From an uncultured Thermus sp. (GTDB lineage Bacteria > Deinococcota > Deinococci > Deinococcales > Thermaceae): a stretch of 64,000 nt of DNA. A program made the translations under genes and the position numbers. The notes under the pieces are model-generated. The model was not told the origin of the DNA, did no database searches, and saw nothing but the letters and a program-made list of their open reading frames with translations. Position 1 is the stretch's first letter. Each line of letters begins with the position of its first letter. Shown one piece after another: positions 9,456 through 18,933 of this stretch. The stretch covers positions 1 through 64,000 of the forward strand of contig CAMTVD010000018.1 in the NCBI GenBank assembly GCA_947085095.1. The letters run 5' to 3'.

Positions 9456-11204
9456 ATGAAGAAAGCTCTTCTGTGGATCGGCCTTTTGGCCTTGGCGGGC
9501 GCGGCCAGCGCTCAGACCTTCGTCTGGCCGCAGAAGTGGACGGTGGCCAAGCCCCAGGAGGTGAAGCGTGGGGGTACCTTGCGGGCGGCGGTCATCTCCG
9601 ACTACCGTACCTTCAACCCCTTCATCACCGCCGAGGCGGCCAACGTGCCCAGCATCATCTCGGGAGACAGGGGCCTGGTGACCCGGGACCCCACCACCGG
9701 GGACTGGATCCCCTACATGGCCGAGTCCTTCACGGTGAGCCCCAACAAGCTGGAGATCACCTTCAAGATCCGCCGGGGGATGAAGTGGTCCGATGGCCGG
9801 CCCATCACCGCCGACGACTGGATCACCACCTGGCGGATCCACACCGACAAGGCGGTGGGCTCCAACAGTTACGACTCCTTCTTCATTGACGGCAAGCCCA
9901 TCGTCCTCCAGAAGATTGACGATTACACCATCCGCTTCAGCTACCCCAAGACGGACGCCGAGGCCTTCAGCGTGGCCAGCTTTGAGCCCTGGCCCGCCCA
10001 CATCTTCGGCCCCGTCTACCAGAGAGAAGGGGCTGAGGGCATCAAGAAGATGTGGACCCTGAACGAGAAGCCGGAGAACATCGTCTCCGGCGGCCCCTGG
10101 CTCATTGAGAGCTACCGTCCTGGGGAGCGCCTGGTCCTGAGGCGGAACCCCGCCTTCGGCGAGTGGAACAAGGACGAGGCGGGCAACCCCCTGCCCTACC
10201 TGGACCGCTACGAGATCCGGATCGTCAAGGACACCAACGCCCAGCTGGCCGAGTTCCTGGCGGGGAACATTGACATCTTCAACCCCACCACCGTGGACCA
10301 CATCTCCCAGGTGCGCCAGGCCATCCAGCAGGGCCGCCTGGACGCCACCATCAAGGTGAACGCCTCCCCCGTGGCCTCTAGCCAGTTCATGGTCTTCAAC
10401 TGGAACAAGGCCTCCGACCCCTTCAAGCAGAGCCTCTTCCGCTCGGACAAGTTCCGCCGGGCCATGAGCCACATCGTCAACCGCCAGGCGGTGGTGGACA
10501 TCGTCTACGGGGGCCTGGGCACCCCCATGTACACCAGCGTCTACCCCGTCCTCACCCAGTGGATCAATCCCCGGGTGCCCAAGTACGAGTACGACCTGAA
10601 TCAGGCGGCCAAGCTCCTCGCTGAGCTCGGCTTCACCAAGAAGGACCGGGAGGGCTTCCTGGTGGACAATAAAGGCCGCCGCCTGGAGTTCAACCTGGCC
10701 ACCAACGCCGGCAACGTCCAGCGGGAGCAGATCGCCAAGCTCATCGTGGACGAGGCCAAGAAGGTGGGGGTCAAGGTCAACTTCCAGGCCATAGACTTCA
10801 ACACCCTGGTGGGCCAGCTCCTCTCCTCGGGCCCCGACCGGCCCTTTGATGCCATCATCATCGGCCTCACGGGGGGCGGCCTGGACTGGCCCTTTGGCGC
10901 CAACGTGGTGCCCTGCAAGGGGAACCTGCACATGTGGAACCGCTCCGGTCAGTGCCTGGACCCCCGGGAGACCCAGCTGGACGCCCTCTACTCCCGCGGC
11001 CGCACGGAGCTGGACTTCCAGAAGCGGCGGGAGATTGCCTTCCGCATGCAGGAGATTGAGGCTCAGCTTCTTCCCGTCATCTACATCGCCGGGCCCAACT
11101 ACCACCCCGCCTGGAACAACCGCCTGGGCGGCGAACACCCCGATGCCATCATCTCCAGCATCTGGGGCCAGCGGGAACTGGAGCTGACCTTCATCAAGAA
11201 GTGA
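9456..11204 (+). CDS. Peptide/nickel-family (family 5) ABC substrate-binding protein
   Basis: Signal peptide MKKALL...ASA; TFNP, KWSDGRPITADD, GNPLPYLD. Confidence 0.93.
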   Translation: MKKALLWIGLLALAGAASAQTFVWPQKWTVAKPQEVKRGGTLRAAVISDYRTFNPFITAEAANVPSIISGDRGLVTRDPTTGDWIPYMAESFTVSPNKLEITFKIRRGMKWSDGRPITADDWITTWRIHTDKAVGSNSYDSFFIDGKPIVLQKIDDYTIRFSYPKTDAEAFSVASFEPWPAHIFGPVYQREGAEGIKKMWTLNEKPENIVSGGPWLIESYRPGERLVLRRNPAFGEWNKDEAGNPLPYLDRYEIRIVKDTNAQLAEFLAGNIDIFNPTTVDHISQVRQAIQQGRLDATIKVNASPVASSQFMVFNWNKASDPFKQSLFRSDKFRRAMSHIVNRQAVVDIVYGGLGTPMYTSVYPVLTQWINPRVPKYEYDLNQAAKLLAELGFTKKDREGFLVDNKGRRLEFNLATNAGNVQREQIAKLIVDEAKKVGVKVNFQAIDFNTLVGQLLSSGPDRPFDAIIIGLTGGGLDWPFGANVVPCKGNLHMWNRSGQCLDPRETQLDALYSRGRTELDFQKRREIAFRMQEIEAQLLPVIYIAGPNYHPAWNNRLGGEHPDAIISSIWGQRELELTFIKK

Positions 11205-11216
11205 GCTAGACTGAGC

Positions 11217-11245
11217 GCGCCCTGGGGCCTGAGCCCCGGGGCGCC
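11217..11245 (+). terminator. GC-rich stem-loop after the binding-protein gene (attenuator or mRNA stabiliser)
   Basis: GCGCCCTGGGGC...GCCCCGGGGCGC inverted repeat without a U tract. Confidence 0.5.
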
Positions 11246-11255
11246 TTACACCGCC

Positions 11256-12239
11256 ATGACCGCATACATCCTCCGCCGCATCCTCTACCTCATCCCCACC
11301 TTCTTCGGGGCCACCTTCCTGGCCTTCCTCATCATCCAGATGGCCCCAGGGGACTACCTGACCCAGCTGGAGCTGGACCCTAAGGTGACGCCCGATACCA
11401 TCGCCCGCCTCAGGGCCCAGTTCGGCCTGGACCGGCCCGTCTATGAGCAGTACCTCCTCTGGATGAACAACCTCTTCCACCTGAACCTGGGCTACTCCTT
11501 CGCCTACCAGGCCCCGGTCCTCGAGGTCATCTGGCCCCGGGTGGTGAACTCCATGGTCATCGTCATCCCCTCCACCCTCCTCCTCTACCTGGTGGCCATC
11601 CCCATCGGGGTCTATGGGGCGGTGCGCCAGTACTCCCTGGGGGACCGCATCCTCTCCTTCTTGGCCTATGTGGGGCTTTCCGTGCCCAGCTTCTTCCTGG
11701 CCCTCATCGCCATCTACATCCTTCTGCAGATCAAGTTCAAGACCGGGGTCCTCATCTTTCCGGTCTCGGGGATGACCAGCAGCGGCTTTGAGCAGCTTCC
11801 TCCCCTAAAGCAGTGGCTGGACATCGCCTGGCACGCGGTGGTGCCCATCCTGGTGGCCACGGCTAACGATATCGCTGGGCTTTCCCGCCTCATGCGGGGG
11901 CAGATGCTGGAGGTCCTCTCCCAGGACTACATCCGCACCGCCCGGGCCAAGGGCCTCGCCGAGCGGGTGGTGCTTTACAAGCACGCCTTCCGCAACGCCG
12001 TCATCCCCTTCGTGGCCACCCTGGGGGGGCTACTTCCTAGCCTCATCTCCGGGGCGGGCTTCGTGGAGGTGGTCATGGCCTGGCCGGGCATCACCCCCTT
12101 CTTCCTGGACGCCATCGCCAACCAGGACCTCTACGTGATCGCTGGCTTCCTCACCGTAAGCCTGGTGCTCCTCATGATCGGCAATCTGATCTCCGACCTA
12201 CTTTTGGCCTGGGTGGACCCCAGGATCCGTTACGAATAG
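11256..12239 (+). CDS. Opp/Dpp ABC permease (OppB/DppB-type)
   Basis: FGLDRPV.EQY, EAA loop DYIRTARAKGL, C-terminal VDPRIRY. Confidence 0.93.
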   Translation: MTAYILRRILYLIPTFFGATFLAFLIIQMAPGDYLTQLELDPKVTPDTIARLRAQFGLDRPVYEQYLLWMNNLFHLNLGYSFAYQAPVLEVIWPRVVNSMVIVIPSTLLLYLVAIPIGVYGAVRQYSLGDRILSFLAYVGLSVPSFFLALIAIYILLQIKFKTGVLIFPVSGMTSSGFEQLPPLKQWLDIAWHAVVPILVATANDIAGLSRLMRGQMLEVLSQDYIRTARAKGLAERVVLYKHAFRNAVIPFVATLGGLLPSLISGAGFVEVVMAWPGITPFFLDAIANQDLYVIAGFLTVSLVLLMIGNLISDLLLAWVDPRIRYE

Positions 12240-12249
12240 GGAGTGGTTT

Positions 12250-13614
12250 GTGGAGCGCGCTTCTGCTTCGCCTTCCCAGCTAGGGGTGGCCTTGCGCCAG
12301 TTCCGCAAGCACCGTCTGGCGGTCTGGGGTGGGCGCATCCTCCTGGTCCTCTACGCGATGGCGGCCTTCGCCGGCTTCTTTAGCCCTTACGACCCCAACT
12401 ATTACGAGCTCTATCCCCCTAAGGGCAACCACCCCCCCACCCGCATCCACTTCCTGGACCCGGACACGGGCCGCTTAAGCCGCCCCTTCGTCTACGCCAC
12501 CAAGCGGAGCATTGACCCTGTCACCCTGCAGCCCCGCTACGAGGAGGACCCGAGCCAGGGGAAGTTTTATATCCGCTTCTTCGTGCGCACCCCGGAGCAG
12601 CCCTACACCATCTTCAAGGTCTTCCGCTCCGACCTCCGCCTCTTCGGCGTGGACGCTCCTGGGCGCATCTTCCTCATGGGCACCGACAACTTTGGCCGGG
12701 ACCTCTTCAGCCGGGTGGTCTATGGGGGGCAGGTTTCCTTGACCATCGGAATTCTCTCGGCCCTGGTCTCCTTCGCCCTGGGTCTTTTTCTGGGGGGCAT
12801 CGCCGGGTACTTCTCGGGAAGGCCCTTCCGGCTTTCCCTGCCGCCTTCCGCCTGGCGGGGGGTGGGGCTTCTCCTGGGGCCTTTGAGCCTCCTCCTCTGG
12901 CTGGGGGTAGGAGCGGTGGCCCTTTTCCTAGCCCTTTCCTTCGTCCGCCTAAGCCCGCAGGATAAACTTTTTTCCTACACCACCCTGGTGGATGGGATGG
13001 TTCTCCTCCTGGGGGTGGGGGCGGCCCTCCTTATCGCTTTCCGCGTCTTTAGGGAGCCCATCCGCTTGGACCCCGACGACCTGATCATGCGCACCGTGGA
13101 GATCATCGCCGCCATCCCCTCCCTCTTCCTCCTCATCTCCTTGCGGGCAGTCTTCCCCACGAACATTGACCCCCTCCTCACCTTCTACCTGGTGGTGGGG
13201 CTTTTGGGCTTCATCGGCTGGGGGGGGCTGGCCCGGGTGGTGCGGGGCATCGTGCTCTCGGTCAGGGAGATGGACTACGTGCAGGCGGCCAAGGCCCTAG
13301 GGGCCTCGGACGGGCGCATCATTGGTCGGCACGTGCTTCCTGCCACCGCCAGCTACGTGATCGTGAGCCTTTCCCTAACCATTCCGGGGTTTATCCTGGG
13401 GGAGTCGGGCCTCTCCTTCCTGGGCCTGGGGGTCACGGAGCCCTACACCAGCTGGGGGCTTCTCCTGCAGGCGGCGCAGCAGGGAGGCTTCGCCTCCTTC
13501 ACCGACCGCCCCTGGGTCCTGTGGCCGGGGTTCTTCATCTTCCTCTCCGTGCTCTCCTGGAACTTCCTGGGGGACGGCTTGCGGGACGCATTGGACCCCA
13601 GGCGGAGGCAGTAG
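12250..13614 (+). CDS. Opp/Dpp ABC permease (OppC/DppC-type) with insertions
   Basis: GTDNFGRDLFSR, DYVQAAKALGA, GDGLRDALDPR. Confidence 0.92.
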   Translation: MERASASPSQLGVALRQFRKHRLAVWGGRILLVLYAMAAFAGFFSPYDPNYYELYPPKGNHPPTRIHFLDPDTGRLSRPFVYATKRSIDPVTLQPRYEEDPSQGKFYIRFFVRTPEQPYTIFKVFRSDLRLFGVDAPGRIFLMGTDNFGRDLFSRVVYGGQVSLTIGILSALVSFALGLFLGGIAGYFSGRPFRLSLPPSAWRGVGLLLGPLSLLLWLGVGAVALFLALSFVRLSPQDKLFSYTTLVDGMVLLLGVGAALLIAFRVFREPIRLDPDDLIMRTVEIIAAIPSLFLLISLRAVFPTNIDPLLTFYLVVGLLGFIGWGGLARVVRGIVLSVREMDYVQAAKALGASDGRIIGRHVLPATASYVIVSLSLTIPGFILGESGLSFLGLGVTEPYTSWGLLLQAAQQGGFASFTDRPWVLWPGFFIFLSVLSWNFLGDGLRDALDPRRRQ

Positions 13615-13686
13615 GCCCTTCTCTTTTGACCGAGTATGGCGTATAACGGATGAGGTGTTTTCGGGGCGGTACCCGAAGGAGTCAGC

Positions 13687-14706
13687 ATGGACGAGAAGCG
13701 GCTACTGGAGGTGAGAGACCTTAAGGTCCACTTCTTCACCGACGACGGGGTGGTGAAGGCGGTGGACGGGGTGTCCTTCCACGTGGACAAAGGGGAGACC
13801 CTGGCGGTGGTGGGGGAGTCGGGCTCGGGGAAGAGCGTGACCGCCTTGGCCATCATGCGGCTCATCCCCACCCCCCCTGGGCGGATCGTGGGGGGTGAGG
13901 TGCTCTTCCGGGACAAGGACGGGCAGGTCAGGGATCTCACCAAGCTCTCCGAGGCGGAGATGCGGCGGATCCGGGGCAACGACATCGCCATGATCTTCCA
14001 GGAGCCCATGACCTCCCTGAACCCGGTCTACACGGTGGGGGATCAGATCGCCGAGGCCATCATGCTCCACCAGGGGAAAAGCCGGAAGGAGGCTTTGGAC
14101 CTTGCGGCCCATATGCTGGACCTGGTGGGGATTCCCGAGCCCAGGAAGCGCCTGGCCAACTACCCACACCAGATGTCCGGGGGGATGCGGCAGCGGGTGA
14201 TGATCGCCATGGCCCTTTCCTGCAACCCCTCCCTGCTCATCGCCGACGAGCCCACCACGGCCTTGGACGTGACCATCCAGGCCCAGATCCTGGAGCTGAT
14301 GAAGAAGCTTCAGGAGGAGATTGGGATGAGCATCCTCTTCATCACCCACAACCTGGGGGTGGTGGCGGAGATGGCGGACCGGGTGGTGGTGATGTACGCG
14401 GGGCGGGCGGTGGAGCAGGCGGACGTGGTGCCCCTCTTCAAGGAACCCCTTCACCCCTACACCCGGGGGCTTTTGCACTCCGTGCCCAGGCTGGACCTGG
14501 CGGCGGAGCACCAAGAGCGCCTCGAGGCCATCCCCGGCAACGTCCCCAACCCCCTCTACCTCCCCCCGGGGTGCGCCTTCCACCCCCGGTGCAAGCACTA
14601 CGAGGAGGGGCGTTGCGACCGGGAAGTGCCCCCCTTGGAGGACGCGGGAGACGGGCGGCAGGTGCGGTGCGTGCGCTGGCAGGAGATCCGGGAGGTTAGG
14701 GCATGA
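13687..14706 (+). CDS. Opp/Dpp ABC ATPase (OppD/DppD-type)
   Basis: [27 protein letters not shown]-terminal GCAFHPRC. Confidence 0.95.
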   Translation: MDEKRLLEVRDLKVHFFTDDGVVKAVDGVSFHVDKGETLAVVGESGSGKSVTALAIMRLIPTPPGRIVGGEVLFRDKDGQVRDLTKLSEAEMRRIRGNDIAMIFQEPMTSLNPVYTVGDQIAEAIMLHQGKSRKEALDLAAHMLDLVGIPEPRKRLANYPHQMSGGMRQRVMIAMALSCNPSLLIADEPTTALDVTIQAQILELMKKLQEEIGMSILFITHNLGVVAEMADRVVVMYAGRAVEQADVVPLFKEPLHPYTRGLLHSVPRLDLAAEHQERLEAIPGNVPNPLYLPPGCAFHPRCKHYEEGRCDREVPPLEDAGDGRQVRCVRWQEIREVRA

Positions 14707-15680
14707 ACGGGGTTCTCCTGGAGATCAAGGACTTGAAGAAGCACTTTCCCATCCGGGGCGGGGTTCTCTCCCGGGTGGTGGGGAACGTCAAGGCGGTGGA
14801 CGGGGTTTCCTTCGCCATCCGGAAGGGGGAGGTGCTGGGCCTGGTGGGGGAGTCGGGGAGCGGCAAGACCACGGTGGGCCGCACCCTCCTCCGCCTCATA
14901 GAGCCCACGGGGGGGCGCATCCTCTTTGACGGGCAGGACATCACCGATCTGCCCAGGGATAAGCTCCGCCCCTTCCGCCGCCGCATGCAGATCATCTTCC
15001 AGGACCCCTTCAGCTCCTTGAACCCCCGGATGACCGTGGGGGACATCATCGCCGAGCCCCTGATCATCCACGGGATCGGCAAGACGCCCCAGGAGCGCAC
15101 CGAGAGGGTGGCGGAGCTTCTCAAGCTGGTAGGGCTTTCCCCGGACCACATGCGCCGCTACCCCCACGAGTTCTCCGGGGGGCAGCGCCAGCGCATCGGC
15201 ATCGCCCGGGCCTTGGCGGTGGCCCCAGACTTCATCGTGGCCGACGAGCCGGTCTCCGCCCTGGACGTCTCCATCCAGGCCCAGGTGGTGAACCTCCTCC
15301 AGGACCTGAAGGAGGAGCTGGGCCTCACCATGCTCTTCATCGCCCACGACCTGGCGGTGGTGGAGTACATCTCCGACCGGGTGGCGGTGATGTACCTGGG
15401 GAAGGTGATGGAGATCGCCTCCTCCCGGGAGCTTTACCGCAACCCCAAGCACCCCTACACCGAGGCCCTCCTCTCCGCCGTGCCCATCCCCGACCCCACG
15501 GTGAAGCGGGAGCGGATCGTCCTCCAGGGAGACATCCCTTCCCCCATCAACCCCCCTTCGGGCTGCGTTTTCCGCACGCGGTGCCGCTACGCCCTGCCCG
15601 AGTGCGCCCAAGTGGTCCCCGAGCTCAAGGAGGTGGCTCCCGGCCACTACAAGGCCTGCATCCGGGACGACATCCTCTAA
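14703..15680 (+). CDS. Opp/Dpp ABC ATPase (OppF/DppF-type)
   Basis: [34 protein letters not shown]. Confidence 0.95.
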   Translation: MNGVLLEIKDLKKHFPIRGGVLSRVVGNVKAVDGVSFAIRKGEVLGLVGESGSGKTTVGRTLLRLIEPTGGRILFDGQDITDLPRDKLRPFRRRMQIIFQDPFSSLNPRMTVGDIIAEPLIIHGIGKTPQERTERVAELLKLVGLSPDHMRRYPHEFSGGQRQRIGIARALAVAPDFIVADEPVSALDVSIQAQVVNLLQDLKEELGLTMLFIAHDLAVVEYISDRVAVMYLGKVMEIASSRELYRNPKHPYTEALLSAVPIPDPTVKRERIVLQGDIPSPINPPSGCVFRTRCRYALPECAQVVPELKEVAPGHYKACIRDDIL

Positions 15681-15685
15681 CGCCA

Positions 15686-15713
15686 CCCCACCTTGGCGCA
15701 AGCCTAGGTGGGG
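15686..15713 (+). terminator. Hairpin at the end of the ABC operon
   Basis: CCCCACCTTGGC-GCAA-GCCTAGGTGGGG with a GNRA tetraloop. Confidence 0.6.
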
Positions 15714-15764
15714 GCCCCAAAATCCTAGGGACCAGGTTCGCCTCCTTGGGGGTATACTGGCCCC

Positions 15765-16391
15765 ATGCTGGTCAGGGACGTAATGAAGAGCCCAGTTCTC
15801 ACCGTGGGGCCGGAGGTGACCCTCGAGGAGGCCTATAAGCTCCTCCTGGAAAAGGGCATCCGCCACCTCCCTGTGGTGGCGGAGGGAAGGCTTTTGGGCA
15901 TCATCACCGACCGGGACATCCGCCTGGCCACCAGCCACCTGAACCCCGAGGGTCCCTGTCCCGGGTGCGCCCGGGTGGAGGAGGTGATGACCAAGGAGGT
16001 GGTGACCGCCCACCCCCTGGACCCGGTGGAGGAAGCCGCTCGGGTGATGCGCCACCGCAAGATCGGCTCCCTCCCCGTTTTGGAGGACGGGGAGATTGTG
16101 GGCATCGTCACCGGTATAGACCTTCTGGACGCCCTCCTCAGGCTCACCGGGGTTACGGAGCCCTCGGGGCGGCTGGAGGTGCGCCTGCCTGACCGGGTGG
16201 GGGAGCTCGCCCGGCTCACGGGCTTTTTGGCGGGCCGAGGGGTCAACATCCACTCCCTCCTCTCCTACCCCGAGGAGGGGGAGTATGTGCGGGCGGTGGT
16301 GCGGGTGAACACCCTGGAAACCCACCTCCTGGCCCAGGGCCTCCGGGAGACCGGCTTTGAAGTCCTCTGGCCCCCCATGAAGCCATGGTGA
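15765..16391 (+). CDS. acuB: CBS-pair + ACT domain protein (AcuB)
   Basis: Two CBS repeats (IRHLPVV...GIITDRD) plus ACT domain (DRVGELARL); adjacent to acuC. Confidence 0.85.
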   Translation: MLVRDVMKSPVLTVGPEVTLEEAYKLLLEKGIRHLPVVAEGRLLGIITDRDIRLATSHLNPEGPCPGCARVEEVMTKEVVTAHPLDPVEEAARVMRHRKIGSLPVLEDGEIVGIVTGIDLLDALLRLTGVTEPSGRLEVRLPDRVGELARLTGFLAGRGVNIHSLLSYPEEGEYVRAVVRVNTLETHLLAQGLRETGFEVLWPPMKPW

Positions 16392-17512
16392 TCTACCGGG
16401 ACGAGTACCGCCTCTACAACTTTGGCCCCCAGCACCCCTTCAGCCCCGTGCGCCTGGAGATGCTCACCTCCCTTCTCCAGGCCCTAGGGGTCTGGCGGGA
16501 CCCCCTGCCCCCCCCCGAGGCCAGCCGGGAGGAGGTCCTTTCCGTCCACTCCGAGCGCCTGGTGAAGCGGGTGGAGGCGGCAAGCCGCGGGGAGAGGGTG
16601 CCCGATCTGGAGCACTACGGCCTGGGTACGGGGGACACCCCGGTCTTCCCGGGGATGGACCGGGCGGCCCGGGTCCTGGTGGGGGGGACCCTCGAGGGAG
16701 CCAGGCGGATTCTGGCGGGAGAGAAGCGGGTTCTTCAGCTGGGGGGCGGTCTCCACCACGCCCAGTACGACCGGGCCTCGGGCTTTTGCGTCTACAACGA
16801 TCTCTCCGTGGCTATCCGCCACCTCACCCGAGCCGGGCTTTGGGTGGCCTACCTGGACATTGACGTCCACCACGGGGATGGGGTCCAGTGGATCCACTAC
16901 GAGGAGAAGGAGGTCCTCACCCTAAGCCTCCACGAGTCCGGCCGCTACCTCTTCCCCGGCACGGGCCACGTCCACGAGATGGGCCGGGGGGAGGGCCTGG
17001 GGAGGAAGCTGAACCTGCCCCTGGAGCCCTTCACCGAGGACGAGAGCTACCTAGAGGTCTTTGAGGCCCTGGTCCCTTGGGCCCTAGAGGCCTTCCGCCC
17101 CGATGCCCTGGTGGTGCAGGCGGGGGCGGACGCCCACTTCCTGGACCCCCTGGCGGACCTCCTCCTCACCACCCGGGCCTACGAGCGCCTCTTCCGCCTC
17201 ATCCTGGAGTACGCCGAGGCCTACGCCAAAGGAAGGGTCCTCCTCACCCTGGGGGGCGGGTACAGCCCGGACGCCACGGTGCGGATCTGGGTCCTGCTCT
17301 ACCACCTCTTCCACGGCCTTCCCCTGCCCGAGAGGCTTCCCGAGGCCTGGCTTCGGTCCTGGGAGGCCCGCTTGGGAAGACCCCTCACCCCCACCCTCCA
17401 CGACCCGGAAGGGGGTTACCCGGAGATCCCCAGGAAGCCGGAGATCGCGAAGCGGAACCGCCTCACCCTGCAAAGGCTCACGGAGCTCGTCTCCCCCCAC
17501 CTGCTACACTAG
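16385..17512 (+). CDS. acuC: Acetoin utilisation protein AcuC (HDAC-family deacetylase)
   Basis: GGLHHA, SGFCVYND, DIDVHHGDG, FPGTG, GGGY. Confidence 0.92.
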   Translation: MVIYRDEYRLYNFGPQHPFSPVRLEMLTSLLQALGVWRDPLPPPEASREEVLSVHSERLVKRVEAASRGERVPDLEHYGLGTGDTPVFPGMDRAARVLVGGTLEGARRILAGEKRVLQLGGGLHHAQYDRASGFCVYNDLSVAIRHLTRAGLWVAYLDIDVHHGDGVQWIHYEEKEVLTLSLHESGRYLFPGTGHVHEMGRGEGLGRKLNLPLEPFTEDESYLEVFEALVPWALEAFRPDALVVQAGADAHFLDPLADLLLTTRAYERLFRLILEYAEAYAKGRVLLTLGGGYSPDATVRIWVLLYHLFHGLPLPERLPEAWLRSWEARLGRPLTPTLHDPEGGYPEIPRKPEIAKRNRLTLQRLTELVSPHLLH

Positions 17513-17516
17513 CGGG

Positions 17517-17714
17517 GTGAGGGTCATTCTGCGCCTGCCAGAGCGGAAAGAAGTGGAGGTGCGGGGGGGTAGGCCCCTTAGGGAGGTCCTGGAGGAGTTG
17601 GGCCTGAACCCCGAGACCGTGGTGGCGGTGCGGGGGGAGGAACTCGTCACTTTGGATGAGCGGGTGGAGGAGGGGGAGACCCTCGAGGTCCTCTCCGCCA
17701 TCTCCGGAGGCTAG
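17517..17714 (+). CDS. ttuB: Ubiquitin-like sulfur carrier TtuB
   Basis: 65 aa from GTG 17517, ending LSAISGG, directly before ttuA. Confidence 0.92.
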   Translation: MRVILRLPERKEVEVRGGRPLREVLEELGLNPETVVAVRGEELVTLDERVEEGETLEVLSAISGG

Positions 17715-18680
17715 ATGGTCTGCAAAGTCTGCCAGGCCAAGGCCCAGGTGGAGCTGAAGGGCAGGGGCTTCGCCCTTTGCAAGGAGCACTACCTGGAGTG
17801 GTTCCTCAAGGAAACGGACAGGGCCATCCGCCGCCACCGGATGCTGTCCCCGGGGGAAAGGGTTTTGGTGGCGGTCTCCGGGGGGAAGGACTCCCTGGCC
17901 CTCTGGGACGTCCTCCACCTTTTGGGCTACCAGGCCGTGGGGCTTCACCTGGAGCTGGGTATCGGGGCGTACTCCCAGCGGAGCCTCGAGGCCACCCAGG
18001 CCTTCGCCAAGGAGCGGGGCCTTCCCCTTCTGGTGGTGGACCTGAAGGAGGCCTTGGGCTTCGGCGTGCCGGAGCTCGCGGAGCTCTCCGGGCGGGTGGC
18101 CTGCTCCGCCTGCGGGCTTTCCAAGCGCTACCTCATCAACCAGGTGGCGGTGGAGGAGGGCTTCAGGGTGGTGGCCACGGGCCACAACCTGGACGACGAG
18201 GCCGCCGTGCTCTTCGGCAACCTCCTGAACCCCCAGGAGGACGCCCTCACCCGCCAGGGGCCGGTCCTGCCGGAAAAGCCTGGCCTCGCCGCCCGGGTCA
18301 AGCCCTTCTACCGCTTTAGCGAACGGGAGGTCCTCTCCTACACCCTGCTTCGGGGCATCCGCTACCTGCACGAGGAGTGCCCCAACGCCAAGGGGGCGAA
18401 AAGCCTCCTCTACAAGGAGGCCCTGAACCGGGTGGAGAAGGAGATGCCCGGGGCCAAGCTCCGCTTCCTGGAAGGGTTTTTGGAGAAGATCCAGCCCCGC
18501 CTGAAGGCCGAGGAGGAGGTGGCCCTAAGGGAGTGCGAGCGGTGCGGCTACCCCACCACGGGGGCGGTCTGCTCCTTCTGCCGCATGTGGGACGCCGTCT
18601 ACAAGCGGGCCAAGAGGCGCCGCCTCCTCCCCGAGGAGGCCCAGTTCCAGCCCAAGGTGGAGCCCCTCCGTGTGGGTTAG
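17715..18680 (+). CDS. ttuA: tRNA m5U54 2-thiolation enzyme TtuA
   Basis: N- and C-terminal Zn fingers, PP-loop SGGKDS, CSAC, TGHNLDDE. Confidence 0.93.
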   Translation: MVCKVCQAKAQVELKGRGFALCKEHYLEWFLKETDRAIRRHRMLSPGERVLVAVSGGKDSLALWDVLHLLGYQAVGLHLELGIGAYSQRSLEATQAFAKERGLPLLVVDLKEALGFGVPELAELSGRVACSACGLSKRYLINQVAVEEGFRVVATGHNLDDEAAVLFGNLLNPQEDALTRQGPVLPEKPGLAARVKPFYRFSEREVLSYTLLRGIRYLHEECPNAKGAKSLLYKEALNRVEKEMPGAKLRFLEGFLEKIQPRLKAEEEVALRECERCGYPTTGAVCSFCRMWDAVYKRAKRRRLLPEEAQFQPKVEPLRVG

Positions 18681-18885
18681 GCCGGGGATCTACCGCCACC
18701 ACAAGGGGGGGCTTTACCGGGTCCTCTTCCTGGCCCGCCACTCGGAAACCGAGGAGGTCATGGTGGTCTACCAGGCTCTCTACGGGGAAAGGGGGTACTG
18801 GGTGCGCCCCTTGAGCCTTTTTCTGGAAAGGGTGCTGGTGGAGGGCCGGGAGGTCCCCCGCTTTGAGCCCCTGGAGGAGGCCTAG
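18670..18885 (+). CDS. DUF1653 domain protein
   Basis: YRHHKGGLY...HSET.E.MVVYQALY...WVRP...F. Confidence 0.85.
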   Translation: MWVRPGIYRHHKGGLYRVLFLARHSETEEVMVVYQALYGERGYWVRPLSLFLERVLVEGREVPRFEPLEEA

Positions 18886-18933
18886 GTCTGGAAGCCTTTC
18901 CAGGCGCCCTGCCCATGGGGTAGACTCCAGGGC

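Noticed and set aside
9375..11480. 701-aa ORF antisense to the ABC binding protein; likewise 14598-16325, 18316-20211, 35624-37573, 42930-45080, 51625-53286, 56508-58388 and 60717-62408
   Set aside because: Shadow ORFs expected in high-GC DNA. They have no recognisable motifs and the opposite strand carries clear genes.
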